Shown here: positions 1 through 12,428 of the stretch, in pieces
Numbering within the stretch: position 1 is the first letter of the stretch
Layout of the letters: the number at the start of each line of letters is the position of its first letter
Source of the DNA: Paraspadella gotoi
Taxonomy: Eukaryota; Animalia; Chaetognatha
Length of the DNA: 64,000 nt
Assembly: GCA_051294375.1 (NCBI GenBank)
Contig: CM119264.1
Span: 30,467,047 to 30,531,046, forward strand
Direction of reading: 5' to 3'
The notes under the pieces: generated by a model
The model's input: only the letters and a program-made list of their open reading frames with translations
What the model was told of the DNA's origin: nothing
Databases searched by the model: none
Made by a program: the position numbers and the translations under genes

Positions 1-939
1 TATTATAACCATGCACCGGCCAGGTCTTAATATGGCCAAGGACCGGCCAGGGCTAATAGTAACCAGGCAACTGCCATGACCTAACAAAGCCAGGAATTGG
101 CCAGCAATAAATATAACATCAAGAAATTGCAACTATTTCCTCGACGCTATCATAAAATAAAATGTAGCAACATCTAAGGCCGTTTACAACCCACCTTTGC
201 CGGACTCGGTTATAACCGGTCTATCAGTGACGTGACTTGAGCTTTGCATCAACAGCAGGAATTAGAGTCAATGGCGCAGCCTATCATTTCTTGTTTGTGA
301 CGCGGCCTATCGTTTCTTGTTTGTGACGCGGACTGGCACTTGGGAAAATATTGAGGTGAGAGAAAAATTTATTGGCGAACATAACTAGTTGACAGCGAGA
401 GTGTTGATTGCAATTTTCAACTATTCCATGAGCGATTGGAGAAAAACAAATAATGAATCCCAACCAAAGATAAAGATTTTGTTGGGCAGAATCGTAGGCA
501 AAGGAGTTCGGCATGGAATGTAGAAGCATTTCGCAGCAATTTCCGTCCGTCTGTCCGTCCGTCCGTCCGTCGGAAGCTTGGCCTTCGCCGGGACGCGCGG
601 GGGCCAAACGCCGTTCGAAGTTGCGACGCCGACCCGAGATTTCTAGCACCGATCTCCAGATGCAGATTCCAACCCCGATTAACGACCCAAGGGTCAGAAA
701 ATTAAAGAGAATTCGCGATGAATGTAAGTCGATCCACGCGCCTCGTCGCTTCGTGGGTTAAGAAGGGAAAGGGAAAGTCAAGCTGGAGATGTGGGAGTGG
801 CAAAATAATAATAAATGGGGTGAGTGGTAAAAACAGTGAGTGATGGTACGAGTGGAATTACAATTGAGTTACAAGTTTGGCAGCATAGTAGACTAAAAAC
901 CTGAATCTATTAGCAATTTTATAATCCTATTCCTTACAG

Positions 940-1072
940 TACTTCCTAACCATAATCTTAATCTCTAATCATTAACCTAACAACTAATCTTTAACCTCAT
1001 TTCTTATCTAACCTAAAATTTACCTTAATTCCGAAATTGAGACGAAATGAGGCGGTTTGGGAAAATAGCGCC
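940..1072. mobile_element. MITE-like family right-hand fragment (duplicated at ~18405-18538)
   Basis: taacc/taatct hexamers ending taattccgaaattgagacgaaatgaggcggtttgggaaaatagcgcc. Confidence 0.45.
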
Positions 1073-2454
1073 AGATAAGTTAGCTAAAGTTTTAATTTAT
1101 CACGTTTAGTGTATGAATAATTTTGAAATTAATGCAAGTCGGAAATTTCGTCTGATAAAGACACTAATCTTTTTGTTTGTTTTGTATTTCAGTGCAACAG
1201 AAAACAAATATCAACATTTTACAGCAATTTAAAATTTCTTTATATAGGATGCACATTCACAATTAACAAATATGGGCACGTAAGTTTTTACTAATAAGGA
1301 ATTTGTTAACAACGAGTTCTGTCTCCACAATTTTTTTAAATTCTGTATTTTTAACGCGATAAAAAGTGAGAGAGAGAGAGAAAAATACTTTCAATAAATA
1401 CACTGTGTGACTCTAGAAGCACAGAGGATTTGTTTTCTCGTTGTTCAATTCGGTTTTTTTTTTTTTTAAGATATGTCGAACTTAAACATACCTCGATTCG
1501 TTGTGGTTTTTAATTAAATAAATTAATCAACGAAAAAGTAGCGAACGAAAATACCGTAAAATAAATGTTAAATCAAAAACGAGATATCAGTTTTATATTT
1601 TCAAATATATCACGCTTCACTAAATGCGACAGGAAAGAATTTTTAAAATCGGAATAAAATTAAGAGGAGAGAGAATTTATTATTTTATAAATGATGTAAA
1701 ATGGACTTTTTCACGTCAAAACCCGAAATCCATGAGATTAATTCTCGATTGAGAAGATGNNNNNNNNNNNNNNNNNNNNNNNNNNNNNNNNNNNNNNNNN
1801 NNNNNNNNNNNNNNNNNNNNNNNNNNNNNNNNNNNNNNNNNNNNNNNNNNNNNNNNNNNNNNNNNNNNNNNNNNNNNNNNNNNNNNNNNNNNNNNNNNNN
1901 NNNNNNNNNNNNNNNNNNNNNNNNNNNNNNNNNNNNNNNNNNNNNNNNNNNNNNNNNNNNNNNNNNNNNNNNNNNNNNNNNNNNNNNNNNNNNNNNNNNN
2001 NNNNNNNNNNNNNNNNNNNNNNNNNNNNNNNNNNNNNNNNNNNNNNNNNNNNNNNNNNNNNNNNNNNNNNNNNNNNNNNNNNNNNNNNNNNNNNNNNNNN
2101 NNNNNNNNNNNNNNNNNNNNNNNNNNNNNNNNNNNNNNNNNNNNNNNNNNNNNNNNNNNNNNNNNNNNNNNNNNNNNNNNNNNNNNNNNNNNNNNNNNNN
2201 NNNNNNNNNNNNNNNNGTAAGAAAAGTGGCTAATTAACAAAGGGTAAGGTGGACAACAAAAGAGGGGAGATGGATATGTTAAGGGGTAAGGGCTAATGTG
2301 TAAAGCGGAGATAAGGTTCGACTGAATAACCTTTCCTCAACGTAGCTTCTTCCTTCAAAGGTTCGACTCGATTTCTCTCTCCAATGATGAGAGCGAAACT
2401 TGATTGAGGTTATTAAGAAATCTGATTGCCGCAATATGGAGATCATGACGAGGG

Positions 2455-2975
2455 ATGGAAGGTCTATAGAGGCCCATTCATATCGGGGGCCGGGTTCGCT
2501 TATTTTTTTGCTTGGGAGAAGGGGAGAGAGAGGGAGAGAGATAAAAGGCCTATAGAGGCCCATTCATATCGGGGGCTGGGCTTGCTTTTTTCCCTTTATA
2601 GAGAGAGAGAGGGGGATGGAAGGCCTAAAGAGTAGGGTGGAGGGATGAAAAGATTAAGCGATTTTACCATATATTGTATTTTATTGTATTGTATTTTACC
2701 ATATATTATATTTTGCTTTTCTGTTCCCAAAACAATAGGAACAAAATACTTTTTGTACTCGATAATAATACTATCTTGCATAAAATTATTATTGTTACTT
2801 GACTCAAATCAAATTTTTTTTCACAAGATCTCCACTCTATTATAGAGGCCCATTCATATCGGGGTCCGGGCTCGCTTTTTTTCGCTTTAGAGAAGAGGGG
2901 ATAGAGAAAAAGAGAGAGAGGGGGATGGAAGGCCTATAAAGGCCCATTCATATTTGCTTTAGAGAAGAGGAAGGG
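2455..2975. repeat. Four dispersed/tandem copies of a ~90-bp unit
   Basis: tatagaggcccattcatatcgggg..ggg.t.gcttttt core at ~2465, 2551, 2841 and 2935 (last partial). Confidence 0.8.
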
Positions 2976-3654
2976 ACAGAGAGAGATAGGGAGGCCAATA
3001 CTGGTGCAGAGCTGGATGCCATTGGATGGGATGGATGTTCACAGAAGCCNNNNNNNNNNNNNNNNNNNNNNNNNNNNNNNNNNNNNNNNNNNNNNNNNNN
3101 NNNNNNNNNNNNNNNNNNNNNNNNNNNNNNNNNNNNNNNNNNNNNNNNNNNNNNNNNNNNNNNNNNNNNNNNNNNNNNNNNNNNNNNNNNNNNNNNNNNN
3201 NNNNNNNNNNNNNNNNNNNNNNNNNNNNNNNNNNNNNNNNNNNNNNNNNNNNNNNNNNNNNNNNNNNNNNNNNNNTCTCTCTCTCTTTCTCTCTCTCTCT
3301 CCCTCTCTCTCTCTATTTCACTATTTCATCCCTAGGTATTGTACCTTATCAAATTTTAGTACCCTTTTCAAAAAGAATGTCATAAAATTATGCAGACTTT
3401 TAATTAGCTTCCACGCGGAAAGATAATGAGAGCGGGAAGAGAGAATAACTGAAAGAGAGAGAGAGAGAGGGAGANNNNNNNNNNNNNNNNNNNNNNNNNN
3501 NNNNNNNNNNNNNNNNNNNNNNNNNNNNNNNNNNNNNNNNNNNNNNNNNNNNNNNNNNNNNNNNNNNNNNNNNNNNNNNNNNNNNNNNNNNNNNNNNNNN
3601 NNNNNNNNNNNNNNNNNNNNNNNNNNNNNNNNNNNNNNNNNNNNNNNNNNNNNN

Positions 3655-3691
<37 letters not shown>

Positions 3692-3806
3692 AAAACAAGC
3701 GTTAATTTCCTCCCAAGTCGGCAACTCCCTCTTCGTAGCATCGACTCCTTAACTTTGCTCCTACTTCCCAATCGCTCCTTTNNNNNNNNNNNNNNNNNNN
3801 NNNNNN

Positions 3807-3917
3807 CTCGCGTCGGGCGAAGTTCCCCGACCCTTCGGCCGACGACAGAGATTGGCGAGACAGTCATCAATGGCGTCGCCAACGACGTCAAACCAAGGGC
3901 CCCCCCCCAGCCTCGTC
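3807..3917 (+). CDS. Dynein heavy chain exon (AAA4 region); 5' end lost in N-gap
   Basis: LASGE(V)PD..DD..ETVINGVANDVK after frame correction; gtgagt donor at 3918. Confidence 0.8.
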
Positions 3918-6900
3918 GTGAGTGTTCATTGTGGTGATGGGTGATGGAGTGGGTTCGGCGTCCTCCCTTCATTCTCCAACCTTTTTTTCTCAGGATACGA
4001 GGGACAACTGCTTGAAATTCACATCGATCGCGTGCGGCCGAAACTTCAAGTTTGTGCTCTGCTTTTTCTCCTCCGTGGGCGCCACTTGCGCAACCGTCGC
4101 CCAAACGTTTCCCGCTCGTCGTCACCACTGTAGCATGATCGACTTTGTTTCACGAGTGGCCGTCGACGCCCTCACCTCCGTCGCCAAGCGGTTTCTTGTC
4201 GGACTAAATCCTTGCTGACGTAGATACAATAAAGTTTAATGTTTTTTAAATTTTTTAAATATTTTTTTTTTCAGTTTATACAAACGACGCAACCTTTTTT
4301 TTTTTTGTGTTAATTACTTGCTTGGTAAACTTTTTGATAATCCCTTTTTCCTCCACAAACAGAAATGAATCAAGTTGAATCATTTGTCCAGATTCATGTC
4401 CTTTTCGTCCATTCTACGTCTGCCGGATAATTCGAAGGAGTATCTTCGCCGTGAGAGAAGGGTGAGAATCATTTCATGGAAGTATGATGGTATGGAAATA
4501 GATAATTTATGAGCTATTTTTATAATTTTGCTAAAAATATTTTGCTATTTTATAATTAATCAATCGTATTTATCTGATTTTTTATTTTTGCCTCATTCAT
4601 TACAATTTCATTTCAATCAATACAAATGTTAAAAACGGGAACGAAAATGGAATAACTACAAATTTTATACTTAAAAGAGTTAGTCCAATGAATATTTATT
4701 GACTTTCCTTTAATGCCCCTTTTTTCCTGCGCCAGATACAACTACACGACGCCCAAGTCTTTCCTGGAGCAAATCGCTCTGCTATCAGAAGTGCTTCCTG
4801 CAGAAGAACGTTGTGAGAACACAAGCCTCGCATTCAAGCGATTGGCGGTCGCGTTTGGAGAAGATCGGAAGGGACGCCTCTAGCAAGTAGGGACGGAATG
4901 CAGGAGGGCTGGCTGTCAAAGAGGCGAGTATTTGCAAGAGTTTTTGATCACGTGACTTGGTTGCTTTTTAATTTTTTTCGATGACATCATTGGCTTGTAT
5001 GAAAAGGATTGATTTCTCGCTCTATTAAATAAAAAAAATAAATATCAGCTTCATTCGGTATTTCCCTGATAATAGTTAATTATTCTATTATCTTATTTAA
5101 TTCAAATCAACTTTTAAAATAGCCTCTGCTTCTTCTTCCTCAGGTTTGGTTGGTAAATGCTGGCCAAGGACGAGGCCATACAAGCAACTTCTGTCAACTG
5201 TGGCAAGGCTGCGTTTGTTGCATCGTCAACTAGAGAGCAAGACGTCTGCCAAGGAGACGGAGGCGTATCCGCTCAACAGAGAAGCCGCGAGCCGAGAAGC
5301 TCAAGGCCAAGATTCAAGTGCAGCCTGATCGAGGCCGAGCCCTGCCGTCCGAAGGCCCAGGAGGCCTTTTGTCGGTTGCTGCGACAATGGTTGCCGGATT
5401 TAATTAAAGGCGTTTATGGTCCTATTTAAAAAAATGTTTAGATTTGTTGGTTTATTTTAATAATCTTGATTATTTTGCTATGAGCTTAGAATTACTGACA
5501 TTTATTAATTTGATTATAATATTGCTAAATTCACTTTGATGTTTCCCCGACTACAGAACACGCTTGACGGAGTTTGAAGTCCGTTTCACTTTCCTACCGC
5601 TCCATTTTGCTACATGTGGACTGGCGTCGCCGCAACATGTTGTGCTTCATCGTTAACCATGTAAGAAGGGGGTCAATAGGCCTCCTCAATGGACCGCGAC
5701 TGGAAACTGCCTGCAAGGCCTTCAATGAACGTCTCACGTAAGTGGCTTTTAAGGCTGAGCTTTTTTGGGCAAACGCGGTGTTCGAAAACCACTACGTTTT
5801 TATTCCGCTTTGTAAATTACTATAATACAATATAATGATTAAACAATATCAGAAAAATTAAACGGTTATCAAAGCCTTGAATTTTGAACTACTCCAAATA
5901 TCCTAAAAAATACAAACTTTCTTTGCAGAATAATATAATATTAATCGCTTTGATAAATCTGTTGAACTGTACAAATGCAAATGAAAAATGAGAATACTCA
6001 AGTGAGTCTACATACTTCTTTCTCCTTTGTATCGCGTAGCAGTAACATTTTAAGCCCGAGGTACAGTTTTTTACGCAAGTCCCCCACCCCGGTCTGTATT
6101 TTTCTTCCGCTTACTTCCCAAAAGGCTTTTGAAAAGTGTTCAAGGAGTATGTGCGAAGACCTTCGACAAAAGAGAAACTCTCAACCGGAGGCCATCACCG
6201 CCGTCCCAGCCCTTTCTCACAACCCCGAGTTCGTCCCGAGAAGGTGTAAGCCCAAGTCGGGCGGCCGCTAGCGCGTCCTGTTCCTTGGCTAGTCATCAAA
6301 CATCCTCGCCTTTTGGCGAAGGTCTTTAAGGTGAGTCGTGCCCACTTCTTGACTATTTGGTCGATGATTGCAGCCGCTTCGGCGTTTATTTCATGTCCTG
6401 CTATTCTTGTTTTCATCTCTTGTTCCACTTGTCTTACTTTAATTGTGTTGACTGTTCGTTCTCCATAGAGTTTAGCCACCTTCTCCTCGCAGTGGTATGC
6501 GCTGAGAAGCCTCTCTGTAAGGCATCTAGATGGAAATGTGACTGCGCAGCACGGTACACTAAATGACATTTACTGGACCGAAGCCAGTCATGTATAGCGA
6601 ACACTTCTTAGATCCTCATTCGGCCGGTGGACGTCGCGCAAACTTCGGCCAGATCTCCATGGAACGATCATGATCCTCGCCTGGTGCCTCAATACTACGG
6701 AGCGCTCTCCTGCCCAAGGCGACGGCGTCCAAAGCCGCCGCCGAGCGCCGACGCCGCCGTCACTTGCAGGCATCTCAACGAGAGCGCGTGGTCGCCGCCT
6801 TTCAACTCATTATGTGATTACAAGGAATATTCGAAACGCTCTCGATTTTGATATTTTGCGTTTCAGGAAACCATTCAACTCTGGCGAATCGATTGCCTGA

Positions 6901-9035
6901 ACGTTCTTTTCCTCTGGTAAAAAAAGTCCGTGGGCTCAGAACATTTCAGGATCTTAAGGACTTCGGCCTACCACTCATCGTGGGCGACGCGCTCCTGCGT
7001 CACCGACCTTCGTCTCCTACACAGGCTACTTCAGCATTGCCATTACGGCTCAAGCTCATGAACGACCTGCTGGAAACCTTGCTTGCTCAAGCTTCCGGTG
7101 AGAGGAACGAATCAATTACCCGACAAGATATTTGGGGGGCGGACGACAGATGACATACGTGAATTTATAAGCTGTCGGTCTGTAAAAATTATAAAAAGAT
7201 TCAACAATATAATGACAAAACGATAAAATTTCAAAAATAACCAAAAATTCACGAAAAAGAGGGTGACAAAAAATTTACGGATTCGGTATTTTTATTGCAT
7301 TTAATTCTACTGAATTCATTACGCAATTAACAAATTATTTGCTGTATCGTGATCAGCTCCCCTGCTCCTACCGCTCCGAAAGAGGTAAGCAACAGTAGTA
7401 CATTCATCTAGAATTGAGTCCAATATCGGAGTTTGTGTTCATCATGCTCGTTCGGATCATCACGACGTTTTAACACAGCGCAGCTCGCGTCTCGTCAAAG
7501 CGTGTCGGTTTCTGAATTTAGCACTAACGGTGAGTGATGTCGTTACCTTTGTTCTTTCCTAAAATTTGTAACATTCTAGCTCTCCATATGTATTACGACA
7601 AAAATACAAAGTCTTAGTAGCTGCTGTCGATTATGAGGCTATTAATTAGGATTTGAGAATTCAAAATGTTTTTTGAAATTTAAATTTTAATAGTATCACG
7701 CTATCCGTCTTAAAAAATTATACCAAAAAAGTTGTAGCTATGAGTATTTTTTTTTATTTAATTTTTCCCCTTTTTTTTTCTTTCGTCTCCAGACGCCCAT
7801 TAGAGACGACGACCGGCTTGGACTTTCTCATGTTGCTTTATCGACGACGCCGGGTTTTGGCCACTTGGGCCAACGAGTCTGCCGTCTGATCGGATGTCGA
7901 AAAAGAGAACGCCCAACCATTATGATGAACTCGGAACCGGTGGCCATTGATGATGATACCCCCAGTTGCAGGGTGATCAGTCGCGGAGAGACCTGGGGAG
8001 ATTGGGAATGAAGATGATTTTTTGCATTCCTTCGAAGTTATCGATATTTATTTACTTTCATTATTTGACATTTATTAAAAGTTGAAAACTTAATTCATTA
8101 AAAATATTGCATTTTTTTTGGTCTTTCTTGTCGTGCAAACCTGTCTTCGCATCTCGGTTTAATGTTTCTATAGTTAGTTACATCCGCGTCGGCGTTTTAA
8201 AAACTTTCCTGTTTAGTTAATGCCAGCCTCGTTTAAATACAGTTGTTCGTTTTATCGCGATCCTCGTTAATTCAAACGTCTCCGTCATGGCCATCAAGTG
8301 GCGTTCGTCAACATTACGGCAAAATCCTTGCGCGTTCGTGCTGTCTCAGACCAAAGACGGCGCTGATGACGGTTGAACGAAGCGTCTGCCGATGGGCTCC
8401 ACCGTCCTCATCGAAAAAACATCGGCTGAGTCCTAATCATATCCCTGTGCTGCGAACAACATCCTTTGGGAGGGAACACCATCAAGAAGGCGGAAGTGCA
8501 GTTGTTGTAAAGAGAAAACCCATTTTTATTTTATTTTCAATCTCTCGGTTAAAAAAAAAACTATTTTTTATACGAACACCTTCATTCTCTCTCTCTCTTC
8601 CTCTCCAGTTAAATCAGTATTAAAATGTCAGTAAGATGTCGACGCACTTTTGTTCTCGGTTGATTTTCTCGAAACCAATATTAAAAATTTCATATATTTT
8701 AGAGGAAATACAGTAAGCTTTTTAAAGTCCCTAAGGCTGTCTAAAGCCCGATTAATCAATATTGTCTATTGTCTATCTACCACAGGCGCCGTCCGGCATT
8801 CGGAGAGAATAGAGATCGAGTGGAATATAATAGTTTCCGACTTCATTCTCCACACGAAACTTGCCAACTCACTACCAAACCGGAGATGCAGGCGCAGACA
8901 ACTATGATCCCAACTTTCAGATCTCGCTATGGCTAATACGACGCTCGACGGTTTGGAGCATCAGCTTCTTCCGCCTCCGTCGTCGCTCAGGGTTGACGAG
9001 GCTCGATCGAAGTGTGCATTTGCTGAAATCGCAGT
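3807..9035 (+). CDS. Axonemal dynein heavy chain, outer-arm beta-type (DNAH9/11/17 family); internal multi-exon fragment covering AAA4, stalk/MTBD and AAA5, with many frameshifts
   Basis: Correcting 1-bp indels by eye gives colinear dynein motifs: LASGE.PD, DTRDNC..F.DR..RN.K.VLCFS.VG, YNYTTPKSFLEQI, EAEPA, LTELKSF, NPEFVPE, GDALL..AFVSYTGYF, TWANE.LPSDRMS.ENATI...ERWPLM.DPQLQG, IKW, VLIENI.E, GRNTIKKG, FRLILHTKLAN.HY.PEMQAQTT. Blocks are separated by AT-rich introns, mostly with GT..AG ends. Family is clear; exact orthologue is not. Confidence 0.93.
3994..4219 (+). CDS. Dynein heavy chain exon (AAA4 C-terminal part)
   Basis: ttttttctcag acceptor; DTRDNC.KF.IDR..RNFKFVLCF.SVGAT...FP....C.MID.FHEW.VDALTSVAKRFL, partly visible in ORF 3922..4218. 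Confidence 0.88.
4363..4461 (+). CDS. Dynein heavy chain exon
   Basis: ctccacaaacag acceptor; RFMSF.VHS....SKEYLRRERR, equivalent to dynein KFMAFVHTSVN....YL..E.R; gtgaga donor. Confidence 0.75.
4736..4923 (+). CDS. Dynein heavy chain exon (pre-stalk / start of coiled coil 1)
   Basis: ttcctgcgccag acceptor; in-frame YNYTTPKSFLEQIAL; apparent GC donor (gag|gcgagt). Confidence 0.88.
5144..5390 (+). CDS. Dynein heavy chain exon (stalk coiled coil 1)
   Basis: tcttcttcctcag acceptor; E/K/A-rich coil ending LIEAEPA..KAQEA; 3' boundary uncertain. Confidence 0.7.
5557..5737 (+). CDS. Dynein heavy chain exon (microtubule-binding domain, N-terminal part)
   Basis: ctacag acceptor; NTLTELKSF..P and DRDWK after frame correction; gtaagt donor at 5738. 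Confidence 0.75.
6146..6330 (+). CDS. Dynein heavy chain exon (microtubule-binding domain, C-terminal part)
   Basis: KTFDKE...PEAITAV.PFL.NPEFVPE...KS.AA...CSW.INILAF.EVFK; gtgagt donor at 6331; 5' boundary approximate. Confidence 0.8.
6950..7097 (+). CDS. Dynein heavy chain exon (end of stalk coiled coil 2)
   Basis: acatttcag acceptor; LIVGDALL..AFVSYTGYFS..LRLKLMND.WKP.L.KL; gtgaga donor. Confidence 0.8.
7793..7972 (+). CDS. Dynein heavy chain exon (start of AAA5)
   Basis: tttcgtctccag acceptor; TPI.TTTGLDFLML.DDA..ATWANE.LPSDRMS.ENATIMMNS.RWPLM..PQLQG. Confidence 0.88.
8290..8495 (+). CDS. Dynein heavy chain exon (AAA5)
   Basis: IKW.RQHYGK.LR......ALMTVERSV..G.TVLIENI.ES..PVL.NI.GRNTIKKG; boundaries approximate. 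Confidence 0.8.
8786..9035 (+). CDS. Dynein heavy chain exon (AAA5)
   Basis: ctaccacag acceptor; AVR.GE.EIEWN..FRLILHTKLAN.HY.PEMQAQTTMI.F....DGLEHQLL..VV; 3' boundary uncertain. Confidence 0.83.
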
Positions 9036-9526
9036 GGTATTATTAACTAGCTATACATTATGTGCAATCCTAATATCATTAATTTGATTACGACAGTCCG
9101 TCTCCTACATAATTTCGTTTTTAGAATATTATACTACTTATCCTCCTTTCTATCTTGAAACCGTTCCTTTTGTCTCACTTCAAAGTCTCCTTTTGTACTG
9201 CTTCGTATAAGCTAGAGTTAAACCTCAGTAGCCTTAGGATATATTATGTTACAGCCGGCGTTGCCTGTGGATGCCCATATGTGAATGCGCCTGCAGCATC
9301 CCTCAGCTGTTGGCTTTAAGGGTCTACCTATTCTTCATGCAATTTAGCGCTTCTCATTAACTAGGACTGTTCGCTTTAAGGGGCTACCACACGCTGTCAC
9401 TCTGGCCGCGGTTAACCAGGACGGTCTCGTCTCTTGCTCAGACACCTCTGAGGTGAAATTAGTCGTGTCGCCTACTGCACCTGGTCGTGAGCACGATAGG
9501 AAGCCGTCAATACGCTTCTCTGTGGC

Positions 9527-9575
<49 letters not shown>

Positions 9576-12378
9576 CTCTCTCTCTCCCTCATACTCTACA
9601 TGCATCTCGCAAGATAGTCCTCATGGTGCTTTTATTTTAATTTTGTTTTTTTCTTAAATTAAATAAATTTATTGTTTTTATTTTTATTACAGAGCCGTTT
9701 TCGCGCTATCGAGTTTCTTTATTTGTTTTGTTACATGTTCTCCCATTTCTGCTCTCTCGAAACAAAGTCCTTCGAGGCCCGCTTCCATCCTTTGTTATAA
9801 ATAACGTCTTTTGTTTTGAATAATAATTTAACATTTATTAGTGTTGAGAGTTTTACGATGTCGGTAGACAGAATTATTTCGTCATTTGCTTGTTTTATTT
9901 GATTATTTTTCACTTTTATAGTAATGTATCTATTTTTTTTAATACGTAATTTTCAGTTTAAATCTAATTTACTCAGCTATCTGTCTTATATTTTTGTCCT
10001 TTTTTTTACTCGATAATTCTATGTTGTATTTTTCTATTTTGTATTATTATTTTTACTATAATTTCCCAAACTCGTACTTCTAAACTTTTACCGGTCTTCC
10101 CTTTTTCCGTGAGCCTCACCTCCATCTCTCACGTTCACAGGTTTCGTCGTGATTTTCACTCTCAGGTTTCACGTTTTAATCTTCGTGAGAAAAAGNNNNN
10201 NNNNNNNNNNNNNNNNNNNNNNNNNNNNNNNNNNNNNNNNNNNNNNNNNNNNNNNNNNNNNNNNNNNNNNNNNNNNNNNNNNNNNNNNNNNNNNNNNNNN
10301 NNNNNNNNNNNNNNNNNNNNNNNNNNNNNNNNNNNNNNNNNNNNNNNNNNNNNNNNNNNNNNNNNAAGGGAAAGGGGACTAGAAGGGAAAGAGGTCTAAA
10401 AGGGAAAGGGGGTCTGGAAGGTACCGGTGACAAGGGGTTTGAGCTTCGGGTTTCGGGTTTCGTTCGGTAAACCAATTTTAAATTTCAAAATTGAATTTTC
10501 TCGACGCGCGCGGTTGATGTGGCGGCGCCTATTTCGTGACGCGTTGGCATTTCCGCGTGGCGCGCGCTAATCCGCGTGACGAGCGCTAGGTTCCGCGTAG
10601 CGCCGACACGTCACGCTACGCTTCCAGTCTCTCCTCCCCCTTCTCAATCGAGACAGAGATTTCTTTCGTTTCGATTCCACGATTCCATTTCGCATCACGT
10701 GACCCCTTCCTTGGATCACGTGACGTTGGCGGCGATGTAGTGTTGACTGCAGCTGGTGGAGAGGGTTAGTTGAGGATGGATCATGAGTCCTGGGTGATTG
10801 TGAGGCGGGAGTGGCAGAGGGGCGGAGGTGGGAGCCTGGAAAGGTGGGTGGGTGGGGGAGAGTGGAAAAGGTGGTTGAACTCAGCTGTTCCGTTTGGGCG
10901 TCGATTTTAAAACGTTGCCCATTTTTTGGCGCCTTTTTATCCGCGGCTACATTGGAGGCTTTTATGGTTGGTCGGTCTGTTTATAATCTGTTTTTTATAA
11001 TTTATAAATAATTTGAATGAATGAAGTCTATCAATGATTAATTATTATGGAAAATAAAAATTTTTAAAAATAATTTTTTATGCATGTATTTAATAAGTCA
11101 TAGGACGCCGTTTGGTCTGTTGCTCTAGTTTTAATCTTGTAAATACTAAAATACTTTAAATAAAAAATCTCTATCAATCATTCATTGATAAGTTGTGGNN
11201 NNNNNNNNNNNNNNNNNNNNNNNCGGGGCGTCGCATTTTTTAAAAACGTTGCCCATTTTTTTTGGCCGCCTTTGTTATCCGCGGCTACATTGGAGGCTTT
11301 TAATGGTTGGTCGGTCTGTTATAATCTGTTTTTTATAATTCTATAAATGAATTTGACACATGAATCGAAGTCATCAATGATTAATTATTATGGAAAATAA
11401 AATTTTTTTAAAAAAATATTTTTTATTGCCTGTATTTAATAAAGTCTATTAGGACGCCGTTTGGTCTGTTTGCTGCTAGTTTTAATCTTAGTAAATCTTA
11501 CTAAGAAATACTTTAAATATAAAAAAAATTCATCTATCAATCCATTCATTTGATAATTGTGGCATGGAGGCTGTTTAAATACGGTTTTATACTATAAATA
11601 ACAAAAAAAAACATTTTTCCACAAACACCCAACGGATCGATCGCTAGAAACTTGTTTCTCCAAAATTAACTCTCCCACAGTCTTACCTGTTGATACTGTT
11701 GACGCGTTTTCCTCTCCAGTACAACAAGCAAAGTGTGATTGGAGGGATGACCAAAATGAATGAACAAGCAGAGAATGATTACGCCCATGTACAGTGGATT
11801 CTGGAAGAGAACAAGTTTGACCAAACAATGTTCGGATCTGCCTTACGATAAATAATTAATTAATTGAATTATTAATTAATTAATTAATAGATTATTAATT
11901 AATTAATAGATTAATTAATTAATTATTAATTAATTAATAGATTAATTATAATTTATATTCAGCTTGTCATCATGCGATGTCCCTTAAAAATTAGTCAGCG
12001 ACAGTCTATTTAAATGTTTTGTTTACATTTTTATCAAAACAATACAAAATATCCTCTATTAGTCGCAAGGCCAGGCGGGCAAAAGCCCGTCCTGTCTAGA
12101 TTTTTTTTTTCGGTATAAGCTTTTCGGTCTCGCTTTTTTGCAAATCATGGCTTCTGAAAGTGTGATATCATAGGGAGTTGAATTTTCATATAATTGCTTC
12201 TATATCATCAAGATCTTTAAAATTCTCATGTTTCATATCAATATTGGTATTTGTTTATGTTTTATTTACAAAACCAAAAACGTTTTAATTATTATTTGCG
12301 CTCTCCTCTTCTCTCTTCTTTTTCTCCGTCACTGCTTCTTCTAAAAACGAGTCCGGCTCTGCAGCGTCTGTTCCAGCT

Positions 12379-12428
<50 letters not shown>

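Noticed and set aside
6500-6830. Expected dynein coiled-coil-2 exon(s)
   Set aside because: GC-rich and positioned correctly, but too degraded to assign boundaries or a frame by eye; included only within the overall gene span.
10897-11561. ~300-bp local direct duplication
   Set aside because: The two copies overlap across a 25-N gap and copy B has only one; gap-overfill artefact.
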